Below the pieces are notes generated by a model, which had not been told where the DNA came from, did not search any database, and saw only the letters and a list, made by a program, of their open reading frames with translations. Positions 1-14,076 of a stretch of DNA of 64,000 nucleotides are shown here, one piece after another. Every line of letters begins with the position of its first letter. The first letter of the stretch is position 1. Where the stretch lies: contig OX597821.1 of assembly GCA_951406725.2 (NCBI GenBank), forward strand, positions 95,480,001 to 95,544,000, given 5' to 3'. A program made the position numbers and the translations under genes. Source of the DNA: Octopus vulgaris. Lineage: Eukaryota.

Positions 1-715
1 AGATTTTGATGGATATGTATTTATATGAAAATATCTTTTATTTTTTGAAAGGCCATCTTTCATATGATTTATATTCAACTCTTTCATATGATTTATATTC
101 AAGTCATTTGGGTTGTGTATCAGATCTATCGTTAACCCTGAAAGATCATCTCATGAATTCAAAAGTTACAACAGCTAATGTGTTGTTGAACTCCTGAACA
201 AGATAACTTTGAGGACATACGAAAAACAGAGTATCTTATGTCATAGTTATGTGGTTTATGGTAAGATGCATATCCATTTGTAAAAATAACTACACCAAAA
301 AAACAAAAAAAAAAACAGAAGAGAAATTTCCTATTCGTGGAAGCATTGGGAAAAAGCATAGAGATGGCTGAGTGAAGTGGATGCCATCTAAAAGACTGAC
401 ATTTTTGTGGCCTGAGTTCTTAACACAAGTACTGTGTCATTGTTGGCTCAAGATAAGCCTTAATCACACAGGCCTATGATTAATAGTGTTCCAGTACACT
501 CTATCCTGACTTTTATTCAGACATTGGATAATTAGCTTTAGGTATAGCATGCACATGTTTTTTTTTTTTTTACTTAAGATTGTAGGGTTTAATTTGAAGG
601 AGATTTAGGTGGGATTTGTAGGAGATCAAAGTGATCACATAATGAATCATGCTGTTGGTTTATACAAAATGTGTTTCATCTAAGAGGTGGGAATATTTCG
701 GATGAATCAGCTCAC

Positions 716-846
716 CTTGTACGAACATCCAGCTTACATCTGTTTATAACACAGGATAACTCAAATAGAACCGGAAACCAGCCTTTTACCCAGACTCTCC
801 CTTCTTCTGGAACATTCATTTCTTCAGTACCATGTTCACGGAAACT
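716..846 (-). CDS. ARFGEF1: BIG exon: [43 protein letters not shown](R)
   Basis: tag| acceptor, |gtgagc donor, 131 nt, phase 0-2; conserved HDS-region sequence. Confidence 0.93.
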
Positions 847-2455
847 CTACAACAGAAATAACAAAATGTTTGTTTTTATTCCTTTGTTTGATTTGTGTGA
901 CAAATTATTTCACTTAAGATTGTAAATTGAAGTTAACATTAGCACCATGGAATGAAGACATTTACAACACACCAACCGTGATGGATGGCCACATATTTTA
1001 AAGGAGGTAGGTACAATTGATCATATCAAGCCCAATACATTGACAGATATTCATTTTATCAACTCTGATGAAATGAAAGGCAAAGTTGATCCCAACGGGA
1101 TTAGAAATTGGAGAACCTACAGACATAATACAAACACCACAAGGCATTACATCCAAGGCTCGGCTAATGATTCTGCCACAAATTTTTTTTGTTCAAAAGT
1201 ATTTATTAAGAATCAAAATCTTTCATGGTATATGAAGAATTGGATAATCACTAACTTCCCATTCCCTTGAATCTCAATAAAATATGAGTGATAAGGCAGT
1301 AAATATAAAAAGATAAAACTATGAGAGTTAATTTAACATACCCTATGATATTAGAAGTATACTGTTATCCTAATTGTTTCAACATCCACTTTCCCATGCT
1401 TGCATGGACTTTGAGACAAGTGTTCTATAACCTGATGCCTTTACTGTTGCGAACCCTTATCTGTTTCCATGCGAGGTAATGTTTCCCCTTGGCCAGACAG
1501 GTTTTTACAGAATATTGTAAATGGATGACATTCATTTACAACAATCATATTATATCAAGACAAAGAGACACTAACATCCATACACAAACAGGCTTCCACA
1601 CAGTTTCCATCTTCCAAATCCATTCACAAGGTTTTGGTTAGCCTGGGGTCAAGGTGTCACCCTGTAGGACTGAAACTGAAACTATGTGACTGGGAAGCAA
1701 ATCTCTCAAGCACACAGCCACATCTGTGCTTCACATCATATTTAGAAACATTACAAAAGGACAGAAATAATAAGTCAGTGACTACACTACTCCTCTATAC
1801 TATAACCATGTCTAGATATTTGGTAGTGTGGGTTGGGGACAGTACTAACGCATCACAATAAGCTTCTGTCGGATTACTTAAACTGATATATTTACTCATT
1901 TTATTATTATTTTAAAATAGTCTCAAGGTATTTCAATATACATTTAGGAAGGGCGTTAGGAAGAGCATCCAGCTGTAGAAACTCTGCCAGATAAAGATTG
2001 GAGCCCAGTGCAGCCATCTGGCTCGCCAGCCCTCAGTCAAATCGTCCAACCCATGCTAGCATGGAAAGCGGATGTTAAATGATGATGATGATGATGATGA
2101 TTTGAAACAAGCCATTGATAGCTCTCTTCACTTCTGATCACTAATACTTCTCCCTACTGACATTCTATTCCCTTGTTAGAGGCCAGACTTGTGTCAACCT
2201 GACTTCTTACAGAAGAGTATTAATGATCAATGAATAGCACAAAAGAGTATCATGACTATTATTGCAGTGAAGAAGAGTTTGGAGATATTAGTGGTCATGA
2301 TAATGTAAATAATTACAATGGTGATGATGAGAATAATAGTGACAATGAACGTGACTTGGTAATGATAATGAGGATATAAACCACTGAAACAAATAGAGAT
2401 TGGCAAAAAGCAAAACAAAAAATCCCAAAATTCCAAGCAAAACACAAGAACTCAC

Positions 2456-2616
2456 AATGGGTTTCTCTGCCACATACTTGGCACAGGTGCGAATTAAGCG
2501 TATAGCTTCCATGCTAGTGTCAGGAAATGCAGCATTGCAGGCAAATTCCGACAAACACTTCACTGCATCTTGAAACGAGTCGATGATGGCAGAAAAATGC
2601 TTTTCAAATATACTGG
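2456..2616 (-). CDS. ARFGEF1: BIG exon: (S)[53 protein letters not shown]
   Basis: cag| and |gtgagt, 161 nt, phase 1-0. Confidence 0.95.
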
Positions 2617-2789
2617 CTGAAAGTAGAAATTAGCAAAAAAATTACCTTAAGATATAGTGAACTACACAAATAGGGTTATTATCACAAGCATAATGGTTTA
2701 ATTCTCTGTTGGAATAAATTTTGGAAAATAAAGAATTTAATAAAATAACTTTGCTATTATTAAAAGGAAATTTTATGGAAGGTTTTAAT

Positions 2790-3016
2790 TTAACCCTTTA
2801 GCATTCAGATTATTCTGTCAAATATAATATTTATTCATCCATATTGTTTTAAGCTAATCATGCATTATTTCGTAGCTTTAAGATTTCAATGATGTTATCA
2901 CCTGTTTTTAGATTGACTTTATAGGTTGGTGTGAGATACCAAATCTGGGCAGTTTTAACAGAAAACAGGTAGATTATTTGGGCCGGATATGGCCGGTTTA
3001 AACACTAAAGGGTTAA
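2790..3016. mobile_element. ~227-bp non-autonomous piggyBac-type MITE; related copies near 3872-4099, 7428-7650, 12460-12636, 16825-17058, 24000-24227, 31549-31908, 45232-45467, 50054-50280
   Basis: ttaa|cccttta...taaaggg|ttaa: TTAA target duplication with CCC/GGG terminal inverted repeats; same interior in all copies. Confidence 0.85.
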
Positions 3017-4251
3017 GTCACTTCAAACAAGTTTTATATCATAGAACCAGAAGTGCTCTCGGGCGGTTTGACATTAAATGACTTAAGGTAGAAATTAGAG
3101 AGGAATTAGTCGCAAAAATGATAACTATATGAATATGGTTACAACAAATATATTGGCTAAAAGTAGAACTGGTAACTACAAGGGAAGGGTTGCTGTTTAC
3201 TCCATGGCTACTCACAAGCACACACTTATGTCTGTGTATATATTTATTACATTAGCAACTAATAGTAATTAATTTACGCAAATAGTTCACAAACTGAAAT
3301 GCATTAGCTGGCAATGAAGAGAGAAAATAAGTCTAATGCTTTGAGAATAGCCCTTCTTCTTCCTACAAACTAATTTAATTTCAATGTTATGTTATTTACT
3401 ATTTGCTGACAGAAATCCTCACAAGTTTATTCAAAGTCTATTGTTTGTTAAGGTTCAATATAAATTTGTTGTGTAAGTCCTCTCTTTTAGTAATTTCCAT
3501 AAAAATATAACACAGGTCATTAATCCACACAAAATCATCATCATCATCGTTTAACGTCCGGTTCATCTGGGGTCTGGGAAGCCAGAAGGCTGCACCAGGC
3601 CCAGTCTGATCTGGCAATGTTTCTACGGCTGGATGCCCTTCCTAACGCCAACCACTCCGTGAGTGTAGTGGGTGCTTTTTACATGCCACCAGCACAGGTG
3701 CCAGACAAGGCTGGCAAACGGCCACGATCGGATGGTGCTTTTTACGTGCCACCAGCACGGGGGCCAGGCGAGGCTGTTGTTGGCTGGAACAGCATAAGAA
3801 GACATTGGTGATGAACTAATACACAAAATTAGCTTCTGTTTGCTTAAAATAATTTGCCTTCTTTTTTTAAAACCCTTCAGCACATTCAGATCACTTTGTC
3901 AAAAGCAATGCTTATTTATTCACATTGTTTTGAATTAATCATGCAATATCTTGTAGCTTTGAGATTTCGATGATGTGATTTCTTACTTTTAAAATGACAT
4001 TGTAGGGTAGGTTTGAGAGGCCAGATCTGGCTGGACTTGAACATAAAGTAGGTAGAATATTTGGGCCGGATGTGGTCAGTTTAAATGTTAAAGGGTTAAG
4101 CATGTATGAGGAGGAGACTCTTGTAAAACACCATTTAGTAAAGGGGATGCTTAGCAATAAAAAGATGAAAACCATTGGGGTAGATTTCCTGTCAAACATT
4201 TAAGGTTGTGGGGCTATGAAGCAAAGGACTTAAAACATGAGTAATACTTAC

Positions 4252-4424
4252 AGATAATCTTGCCAGTAGTTTGGAATGCCAGTTCGACGATGCCTTCATC
4301 TTGGTCTGAGGCAGCTAAATGGAATACACTGAATATGTTCTTCCAACCAGATTTAATATTAGCAGCTTGTGAGTTGACCATCTGAGCTATACATCGGACG
4401 ACCATGTCACGGATGGTTGGGGAC
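4252..4424 (-). CDS. ARFGEF1: BIG exon: (R)[57 protein letters not shown]
   Basis: tag| and |gtaagt, 173 nt, phase 2-1. Confidence 0.95.
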
Positions 4425-5009
4425 CTATATGGTTTGATGAAAAGGCAAATACAAAATTAAAATAAAAGAACAAGGTACAGTGTGTTAGGCCATTTGCTAT
4501 GGCCAACAAGTAAGATTTACACAAGTCCTTGTGTGTATATGCATATTTATGTGTGTGTGTATATGTGTGTGTGTATATATATATCATCATCATCATCGTT
4601 TAGTGTCCGTTTTCCGTGCTAGCATGGGTTGGACGGTTCAACCGGGGTCTGCGAAGCCAAGAGGCTGCACCAGGCTCCAGTCTGATCTGGCAGTGTTTCT
4701 ACAGCTGGATGCTCTTCCTAATGCCAACCACTCTGTGAGTGTAGTGGGTGCTTTTTACGTGCCCGGGGAGTCTGGCAGCGGCGACGTTCGGATGGTGCTT
4801 TTTACGTGCCATCGGCACAGGTATCACAACTACTATTTCCATTTGATATTTATCTCGATGTTCATGTACTTGACTCAATAGGTCTCCTCAAGCACACCAG
4901 GTTATTCTGAAATCCAAGGTACTTTGAATGGGCTGGGGCTATGCGGAACTGGTGCAGGAAGCAGCCCGGGTCTTATATTTATTATTATATATATATATAT
5001 ATATATATA

Positions 5010-5350
5010 TTTATTTCATCTAGTTTCAGCTCACGAGCTGTGGCCATGCCGGAGCACCGCCATTTGGTGTTGCTACATGATTTTACTTCATGAATGCTTT
5101 TTAGCAATTGGCATTTGGTGCATGAGAGTTTGATGCAGCTGCCCTCATCTGCACCTCCTGCCGCGAAGTTGGTTCATCTAGGACACCTGATAGGAAGAGG
5201 TTCAGCTTTATTTTGAAGACACCTACAGCTACCCCATGCAGGTCTCTCAGGTCCTTCGGGAGGATATTGAAGAGCTGTGGACCTCTGAAGCCCAGGCTAT
5301 TGCAGTATCTTGTTCTACATCTTGATGGCAAATTTGGAGTCCTTGGCACA
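5010..5350 (-). mobile_element. 3' fragment of CR1/L2-group LINE
   Basis: ORF2 C-terminal-like peptide NSLGFRGPQLFNILPKDLRDL..FKIKLNLFLSGVLDEP followed by a 3' stem-loop tail. Confidence 0.75.
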
Positions 5351-5786
5351 CACATATACATATATATATGCATGTATCATCATCATTTAATATCTATCTT
5401 CCATGCTGATATGGGTATATATATTTACATATACATACCTATATAAGAAAGAGAAGTAGGTTCCAAAGAATTTGAAGGGGTTTCACAAACTGTTTTGAAA
5501 GTCTGTATATGTAGGATTGTGTGTATACACACACAAAGGCATACAATACTACATATACACACTTACAGTACAGCTTAGCAAGCATTTCTAAGTCTATGGG
5601 ACCTATATCTGTAAGTGCATGTGTATGTGCATGCATATGCATGTAAGTAAAGCAGAAGTTACATTTTTACATTAAAAAAAAAACGACAGACTCACAAGAC
5701 ACTTGACATGTCTTTACAAAAAAAAAGTGTGTTCGTGTGAGGTGTGACTTGGTGAAAGAGAGAGAGAGAGGCCATTGGATAATTAC

Positions 5787-5938
5787 CTATTTTTCTTCAT
5801 GATATGTTCAAATGGTCGCAAGAAATCCTTTTGGAATCGGAAATTTGCAAATTCTCCTTTCTCCAAAAACTTCATGGATAACTGACGGTGGGAATCGACA
5901 GCGAAGAACGAGATGTCTTCATTAGGGTTACAGCCAAC
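5787..5938 (-). CDS. ARFGEF1: BIG exon: [50 protein letters not shown](R)
   Basis: tag| and |gtaatt, 152 nt, phase 0-2. Confidence 0.95.
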
Positions 5939-6034
5939 CTATAATTATGAAAGTGCGATAAATAATCAGGTACTAAGATAAACACACACATATATATATA
6001 TATATACACACACACACATTTATTATTATTAATC

Positions 6035-6320
6035 AGCAGGATCTCACGCTGAGAGTTGCTGAAGCATGGAACAAACTGCCGGCATCAGTTGTTAGTTGTC
6101 GGAGCACTGCATCCTTCAAAACTTCCATGCTTCCTGAGATTCGCCAACACTACACTTGATTTTCTCCCCTCCAGACACACACAAGCATGTATCTGACTCA
6201 TACATTGTTCGCTTTCCAGACATTTCTACATTACTGCATGTACTTTATATGCACTTTCTGACAAGTTGTGGTGCACCTGAGCACTGTATACAATAATTTC
6301 ATTATTATTATTATTATTAT
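6035..6320 (+). mobile_element. 3' end of CR1-like LINE; longer copy of the same family at ~27090-27580 on the minus strand
   Basis: LRVAEAWNKLPASVV..TASFKTSM peptide and (ATT)n tail. Confidence 0.8.
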
Positions 6321-7057
6321 AACTGTGTACACACAGCTATTTGAGTATCATACTTAATGTAAATGCATCACAGAAAACAAATGTATTGTGGTAGTCATCT
6401 TATGGACATGCTGTGTTTAAAAAAAAAACCAATATATATTGAAGTGAGAGAAAAATCGTCCAGCAACATCAATGAGAACATTAGATGCAGCATTTCTGCC
6501 TAGTTAAGCATTGCCAGTAGCATGTACTCACAGCCATCTGCATGCTAAGAGAAAATCTACCACTGAACAATCACTGGTTGAATAAATGCTTATTATATGC
6601 AACAGAAGCAGAAATCAGATTTAAATAGCTATTTGTATATCATACTCAATGTAAACACATCGTTAAAAGCAAATTTACTGCAATGTATATCTGAATGTGT
6701 CTGTAGTAGTGTATCACCAATTCTCTCACAACATACCAAAATTAGACACCACAACTACCATCCAAAGTTTTCTCAGTTTTCTCTTGTGACTGTTACTTTT
6801 CAGTCAACTTGTTATTTTCACCCAGTACTCATTCTCCTGTTACATCATCTTGTAATATGAGCACATTCATGACTTCCTCACACAGTTCATCAGCTGCTAC
6901 CTATAACATTCAATTGCTCTCTCAGGTCACCTGTGCTCTACACCTTTTACACAAGCTCACATAATACATCCAGACCATAATCAACACAGACATAAATGAA
7001 AATAAAATTAAAAAAAGCAAATTTAAATGTAAAAGAAAAAAATGTCAGGGAACTTAC

Positions 7058-7227
7058 TTTGTTGAAATGATCCCCTAAGTACTGCCAAATGCGGGACCAC
7101 TGTAATCGAATACGTCCCATGTTATAGTATGAAATTTCAACTATTTTTTGTAAACTGAACATCCTCGGGTGACTCTGGTTGGCCAACTCATCTAACGACA
7201 CCTGACACAAAGCTTTCACAAACTCAA
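7058..7227 (-). CDS. ARFGEF1: BIG exon: (V)[56 protein letters not shown]
   Basis: cag| and |gtaagt, 170 nt, phase 1-0. Confidence 0.95.
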
Positions 7228-8859
7228 CTGAAAATAAAGGACAATGGAGAGTTAAACAGTTTTCTGTTTAGTTAATAATCACCTAAATACAAAGAGAAAG
7301 ACACTAAACCATTAATTGAAGTCAGTAGCTTGACTCCTTATATTGTGATTTTAGCTAGTCTAATGAAGGATACTCTACGACTGACCCTGACTACAACAAA
7401 AACTAACAAACAAACCAGCAAGGTAACTTAACCCTTTAACATTTAATCTGGCCATATCCGACCCAAATATTCCACTTGCTTTATGCTCAAACTAGCTAGA
7501 TCCAGCATCTTACACCAACCCACCAATGTCCTAAAATTAAACTATTGCATCAGTGAAATCTCAAAGCTACAAGTTAATACACGATTAATTCAAAACAAGG
7601 TGAATAAATAAGCATTACATTTGACAGAGTAATCTGAACACTAAAGGGTCCATATACTTGGGTTCCTCTGAAACACCTACATAAATCCCTTGGCAAAATC
7701 TCATCATTTAAGCATCCATATTCCATGCTAGTATGGATTGGATGGTTTTATTGGTCCAAAAACTGTACTGTGCTCCAGTGTCTGTTTTGGCATGGTTACT
7801 ATAGCTGGGTACCTTTCATAACACTAACCACTTTGCAGCATGTACTGGGTTCTCCAATAGGAAAAATTAATCACATATTTACAACTTCTACAAACAACAC
7901 ACATGATTTCTCCCTAATTGAGTAAAGTTCATCAACTTCAATCTCCCATGCTCTCTCTCTCTCTCAGTGAAACTGTTTTCATAAATCTCAAAATGTATGA
8001 AGAAAAACTACATATTACACAATATAGCAGGAACATACATTTAGCCACACTTTAAAAGAATTCTGAGGTGTCAACATCAACTATAGATGCAATTTAACAA
8101 GAGAACATGCAGGGCTCTGAATGTGTAGAATTTGAATAAGACATAACTAAGATGAGCTTGCAATATTTTGGTTAACAGAATCCTCCACTCCACCACCAAA
8201 GTAATTTAAAACCAGGTTAAATATCTACATTCTGAAATGGTGTTTAAACTTTGGTATATTTAAATTAGAGGCCATATGTTCTGAGCCTCAACTCTTAGAT
8301 CATTATTGTCTTATAATAAAATGAAAAAAAAAAATCCTGATGGTTATGACTAAACCATCAAACACAAGTATCATGGTGGAATTTTTCGTCAGAATACTTG
8401 AATGGGGACAATACATTCATTCTCTTCAAACTATGTAATAAAGGACTGAAATAATGACACATCATAATGAGTATGTGAACGAGTGAGTCAGTAAGTGAGT
8501 GAGTCACATCCACACCATGTGAGATAAATTTTAATATTTCTCAAGGTGGTGAGCCGGTAGAATTGTTAGTGAAACAAAATAGTTAGCAAACTTTCTTCCA
8601 GTTCTTTAAATCCTGAGTTCAAATTTTGCTAACATTGACTTTGGCTTTCATACTTTCAGGGTTGATAAAATAAGTACCAGTTAAACACTGAAGTATTCTT
8701 TCACTTAAAATTGCCGGCTTTGTGCCAAAATTTGAAACATATATTTAGCATTTTGTTTATTCAAAGACCCATACATATATACATACACACACACATATAT
8801 ATATATACACACACACACACAAACAAACACACACACATATATATATATATATACATACA

Positions 8860-9189
8860 TGTGCTTCGGAGAACCTGATATACACACTAACCTGCTCTGG
8901 GTGTCAAGAGCAATACATAGGCCGAACAAAAAATAGTTTACGTAAAAGAATGTCCCTGCACAGATCCCAGACAAAAATTCCCCAAAACAGAAAAATAGCA
9001 TTCAGCCAACACACAGATATTTGCGCCAACAACAAAACACCAAACTTCAGGATTTTCCCCCTCTACCAAATCAGGGATGATACAACCTGGGGCCAACGAA
9101 TTAGTAAAGAAACTCTCTTTATTACAAAATACAGGCCCCTTCTGAACACATCTACAACAAACCACATATCCACCTTGGCTTTAGAATAA
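8860..9189 (+). mobile_element. Penelope-like retroelement 3' fragment with GIY-YIG endonuclease remnant, inserted at a TA/CA microsatellite
   Basis: Open frame CASENLIYTLTCSGCQEQYIGRTKNSLRKRMSLHRSQ...RISKETLFITKYRPLLN: LIY-YIG, CxxC, conserved R, H, E and LN. Confidence 0.85.
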
Positions 9190-9669
9190 CACAAATACAC
9201 ATGCAAATATTACATTCCTAAGAATCCATTAAAAATCATCCCCAATCACTGCTATAAACCATAATGTACCAACTTTAAGTCATTCAACACCTCACTACTT
9301 TCATTCATTCATATTCTCCCTTCTCTTTCTTCTTCATCATCTTCTACTCCCCCTTCTCCTTCTTAACTTTATCACTAATGCTTTTTAGTATAACACCTAT
9401 ACAAATTCTATAAACAAAACATTCAATAGAAATATTTTCATGAATTGAACAGCAACTGCTAGCCTCCACTGACCATTCAAAATACTACAATCATGGCACT
9501 CCCAAATTCTTCGTCTTCTTCCTCCCCTTCTCCTCCTCCTCCTCCCCTACCAAGAATTCACAATGACCTCCAACCCAAAAGAGTAAACAAGAGAGACAGG
9601 CAGAAACAAGGAAAATGTCACTTGTATTTGAACACTTGAACACTTGTATTTGAACACTATACAAATATT

Positions 9670-10200
9670 ACTTTTATTGTTATCATTGTGGTTTTTTACT
9701 CATTTTACTGGGTTGCGAGTTTTTATTTTTCTTATACACACTGGGGAGAATTATCAGTTACCTCCCTTCCTCCACTTAATTTTTTTCGTATTTTCATTAT
9801 GATCAACACCCCTATGGTCAACCAACAGGTTGTCTGGATTGTTCTTATCTCTATCATTATAGAAATCATTCAATTTTTTATTATTCAGTGCAGATATAAC
9901 TTGTGCAATATCTTTTGAAACTCAGAGGCCTACTTTTAGATTACATGCATTTATTATCTTGTGGTATTTATTTTTCGTCATAAAATGTTTGGAGACAGCA
10001 TTATAGAACAGTTTCATTAAATTGGTTTTAATTTGATTCACAAACAGAATTATTAGCCATGTAATAGTGTCTTCAACGGAATTTCTACTAAGATAATCTT
10101 TATGTAGGTTACTTGCATTTATATAAGGGGGTGTAGCATTTTATTGCTTTTAGGAATTTTGTTTAGGTTTTGGATATCATCCCTTTTGTTCCTTTCTATC
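9670..10200 (-). mobile_element. Degenerate Penelope-like ORF fragment (RT-to-endonuclease linker)
   Basis: ITWLIILFVNQIKTNLMKLFYNAVSKHFMTKNKYHKIINACNLKVGL*VSKDIAQVISALNNKKL resembles the W..PPF...VKTN...F..L..KHF....YHKI.N....K.SYS....I..II...N.K.L segment of Penelope-like elements; boundaries approximate. Confidence 0.65.
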
Positions 10201-10780
10201 TTATCTATCTTTTTTTTTTACTTAAGCATTTACAATTGCACGTAAAAACCACCAATCCGATTGTGGCCGTTGCCAGCCTCGCCTGGCACCTGTGCCGGTG
10301 GCACGTAAAAAGCACCCACTACACTCTCGGAGTGGTTGGCGTTAGGAAGGGCATCCAGCAGTAGAAACACTGCCAGATCAGACTGGGCCTGGTACATCCT
10401 CCTGGCTTCCCAGACCCCAGTCAAACCGTCCAACCCATGCTAGCATGGAAAGCGGACGTTAAATGATGATGATGATACACACACATATGCATTTACATAT
10501 ATATAAACATATTTATACACACACACACATGTAGTTACACATATAATTATAAAGATATGATTATAGTTAAGAGCTACTGGAAATGGCCAGTGCCACTGAT
10601 ATATATATCTACATACACACATATATGCACATACAATTATACACATTTATATACATATATATATATATATACACACACACACATATATATCATATGAAAT
10701 ATATTATACACTAAACATTTGAGATATCATGAGACATACAGAGGAAAGATAAAGGAAGAGAAAAGCAGAGGTGAACTAAC

Positions 10781-10921
10781 CAATGGCGTCTCCATCTAGC
10801 CGCACAGAACCAGTAAATATCCTGTCAACGGCAACGACGACACTCTGTGAACTGGTTTCACCCATCGTTTCCTGAATACTTGCAAGACGCTTTTGGTCCA
10901 AAGTTCCACCTGGCATGATGC
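10781..10921 (-). CDS. ARFGEF1: BIG exon: (S)[46 protein letters not shown]
   Basis: cag| and |gttagt, 141 nt, phase 1-1. Confidence 0.93.
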
Positions 10922-10975
10922 CTGTATTGAGAAAGAAAAACAGGAAAAATTCAATTAATCATTATATACATAAAT

Positions 10976-11031
<56 letters not shown>

Positions 11032-11196
11032 ACATCATCATATATAATTGTAAATATGTTCATCAACCCGTTTGAAAGTCCCCTGAGGTACATAGGGGTG
11101 AATGTAGGAAGTAGTAAACAAAGGTGATTGTGGTGTTTGATGGTAGATATGAAACAGTATTAAGAATGAGATATGGGTGTCAGTAGGTGTCATTCA

Positions 11197-11242
<46 letters not shown>

Positions 11243-12034
11243 AGAGAAAGAGACACACACACACAAATAATATATATATATGGCTTCTCGACTGGCTTCT
11301 GTGCTGGTGGCACATAAAAAGCACCATCCGAATGTGGCCGATGCCAGCGTTGCCTTGGCTGGCTTCCGTGCCGGTGGCACGTTAAAAGCACCAACCGATC
11401 GTGGCCGATGCCAGACCCCCCTGGCACCTGTGCAGGTGGCACGTAAAAAGCACCCACTACACTCGCGGAGTGGTTGGCGTTAGGAAGGGCATCCAGCTGT
11501 AGAAACACTGCCAGATCAGACTGGAGCCTGGTGCAGCCCTGGCTTCTCAGACCCCGGTCGAACCGTCCAACCCGTGCTAGCGCGGAAAACAGATGTTAAA
11601 CGATGATGATATTTGTGTGTGCACACACATACCCTCAAAGTGTAGACATGGTTGTGTAGTTAAGAAGTCTATTTACCAACCACATGATTCTTGGTTCAGT
11701 CCCACTGCATAGTACCTTGGGTAAGTGTCTACTATTATCCCAGGTGGACCAAAGCCTTGTGAGTGGATTTGGTAGAAGAAAACTGAAAGAGAAACCTGTT
11801 GTGTGTGTTTGTGTGTATATATGCGTGTCTATATTTGCAAGACATTTGCACATAGTGTCGTATTGTAGGATGAGACCCAAGCTCATAGGGCTGCAAAGTG
11901 AACTTCTTAACCATACAGCCATGCCAGTGCATATATATATATTGGGCCAATTGGTTCTGGTTTCTTTCCAGTATAAGAAAGATAAAGTTGATACTGATAT
12001 CTTAAACTAATAGTAAACCAATAAATATACTAAC

Positions 12035-12209
12035 TGTTCGGATCAAAAGAATCAATGGGTTGCATGCTGCCAAAATGGGATTTGTCTCCAGGTCCTGAGG
12101 AAGAATAAGGGCCATTACTAGGCCCTCTTCCGTCTGAAGAAATGTAGCGAGGCTTGACTCCGGTTCCAATTAACTGAGCAAGTTCCAATTGAGAAATACA
12201 GCGAAGTAT
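12035..12209 (-). CDS. ARFGEF1: BIG exon: [58 protein letters not shown]
   Basis: tag| and |gttagt, 175 nt, phase 0-1. Confidence 0.9.
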
Positions 12210-13917
12210 CTACATGGGAAACAAAGAGAAAGAGTTAATTACATCATTTTTATATAACGATGTGATTATTACATAATTACGTGATTGCATAATTACATCT
12301 ACTAATCACATCATAATCGCATAAAATAATTGTTTCAAACCCAATATTTTCAATATTATTATTCAAAGATCTTTTCTGCGTTTTTCTAATTCATTACAAC
12401 CATTCAGAAATCACATCTAAATATCTTTAAGCCATATCAAGAATATATGTTTATACTGTTTAACCCTTTAGCGTTTAAACCAACCATATCCAACTAAAAC
12501 AATCAACTTGGTCTATGTTCAAACTAGCCAGATCTAGCCCCTCACACTGACCCTACAATATCATTCTAAACATAAACGATCACGTCGAATAAAAGCATTT
12601 CGTTTGGCAGAGTAACACAAATGCCAAAGAGTTAAACTAAGAGTGGATAGAACACACAATACAGAATGAAGATCGTCTTTGCTGTTTAACTCACAGATCA
12701 AGTTCAATCGAAGGCGTTCCAGCTGTGATCATCCTGTCTTAATTCAGACATAATGTGTCTAGAATATTCAATATGTCATCTATGTTTTTTATCAAGGCAT
12801 GCATTAGTTGAGGGACATCTTGTTGCCTTCTCTAGCAATGACAAAAAAAAACTTCCCCTCTGGCTCAGGAGGATCAAGGGCGAGTGAGTGAGTGAGTGAT
12901 GGAAGTAAAATCCATGTCTCATTGTTACATTACAAAGTACTCATTTTTGATATGCTTTTGTATTTGTGTCTGCATAAATATGATTTCAAAAAGCAAATTT
13001 GTGAAAAAAGTGGGGAACAAAAAGAAGTATAATGAAAGATGTCTTGTTGGTGTACTATTTTGGACAGTACATTCCATTTGTTAAGTCTAACTCTGGAGTG
13101 GCGATGGTGATGGCATTAAAAACAAGACCATACTGTTAGCAGTTCTCCAAAAAGATCAAATCACAGCACTAAGACCTCATCAAATACTAATCAATTTTAC
13201 ACTACAGGCACTTTTTATTTATGAACTATATTAAAAGAAGGTAACAAAAGGAGCTGTGTGTTGCAGCACTATGTTATGCTTCTGCATATTCTACAGTTAC
13301 CTTGGTCAGAATTTTAGGATCACTATACAGAATATCTAAGTTTGCACCATGGGAGTTTAAATCAGGACTAAAATCTTAAGTTATTTATGTCAGAAAAAGG
13401 CTCAGATACAAAAAGAAAACCTTTCAGCACACTGTGGTCCTAACTATGACACTGTATTGTGGTCCCAACTATGACATCTTATATTGTGAACTTAACTTTG
13501 ACAAATCATGCTACAGTCCTAAATATAATAGATTGTGTTGAGATCCAATCTATAAAACACTGTGCAGCAACCTCAATTATGACACACTGAATTGTGATCT
13601 CAACTCTGACACTAAGCTGTGATTGTAATTATTCCATGCTAGCATGGAAAGTGGACATTAAATGATGATGATTGAAGTCTAAACAATACCATATTGTGCA
13701 GTGACCTAGATAAGCTGATCTATCTTTATGCATCAGGCTACCCAGTTGAGAAGTCAAGAATTTATAACTCCTTCCACCACAACCATCATGCGATGATAGA
13801 TATATAATAGCATGAACAAATTAAACTGAAAAAAAGATAAGATAAGAAAAGAATATCTACAATTCATCATAGAATTTCCAACTAAACAGTCAAATGAATA
13901 GGAAATATGGTACAAAC

Positions 13918-14076
13918 CTCAAACCAGGACTTGCCTAAATAGTTACCATCTGTGTGAGCAACTGAGATCAAGGTTTTAATAGTGTCAATATTTTTTGTTT
14001 TCATTTCTGTGATTGGGGAAGCAGCTGTCAGCAATGTGAAGCGAGCTAGGGCTTGGACATAGGCATCTCTTTCCAA
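13918..14076 (-). CDS. ARFGEF1: BIG exon: [53 protein letters not shown]
   Basis: cag| and |gtttgt, 159 nt, phase 0-0. Confidence 0.95.

Noticed and set aside
1062-1080. ctgatga...gaaa motif
   Set aside because: No pairing stems; part of a diverged SINE central domain.
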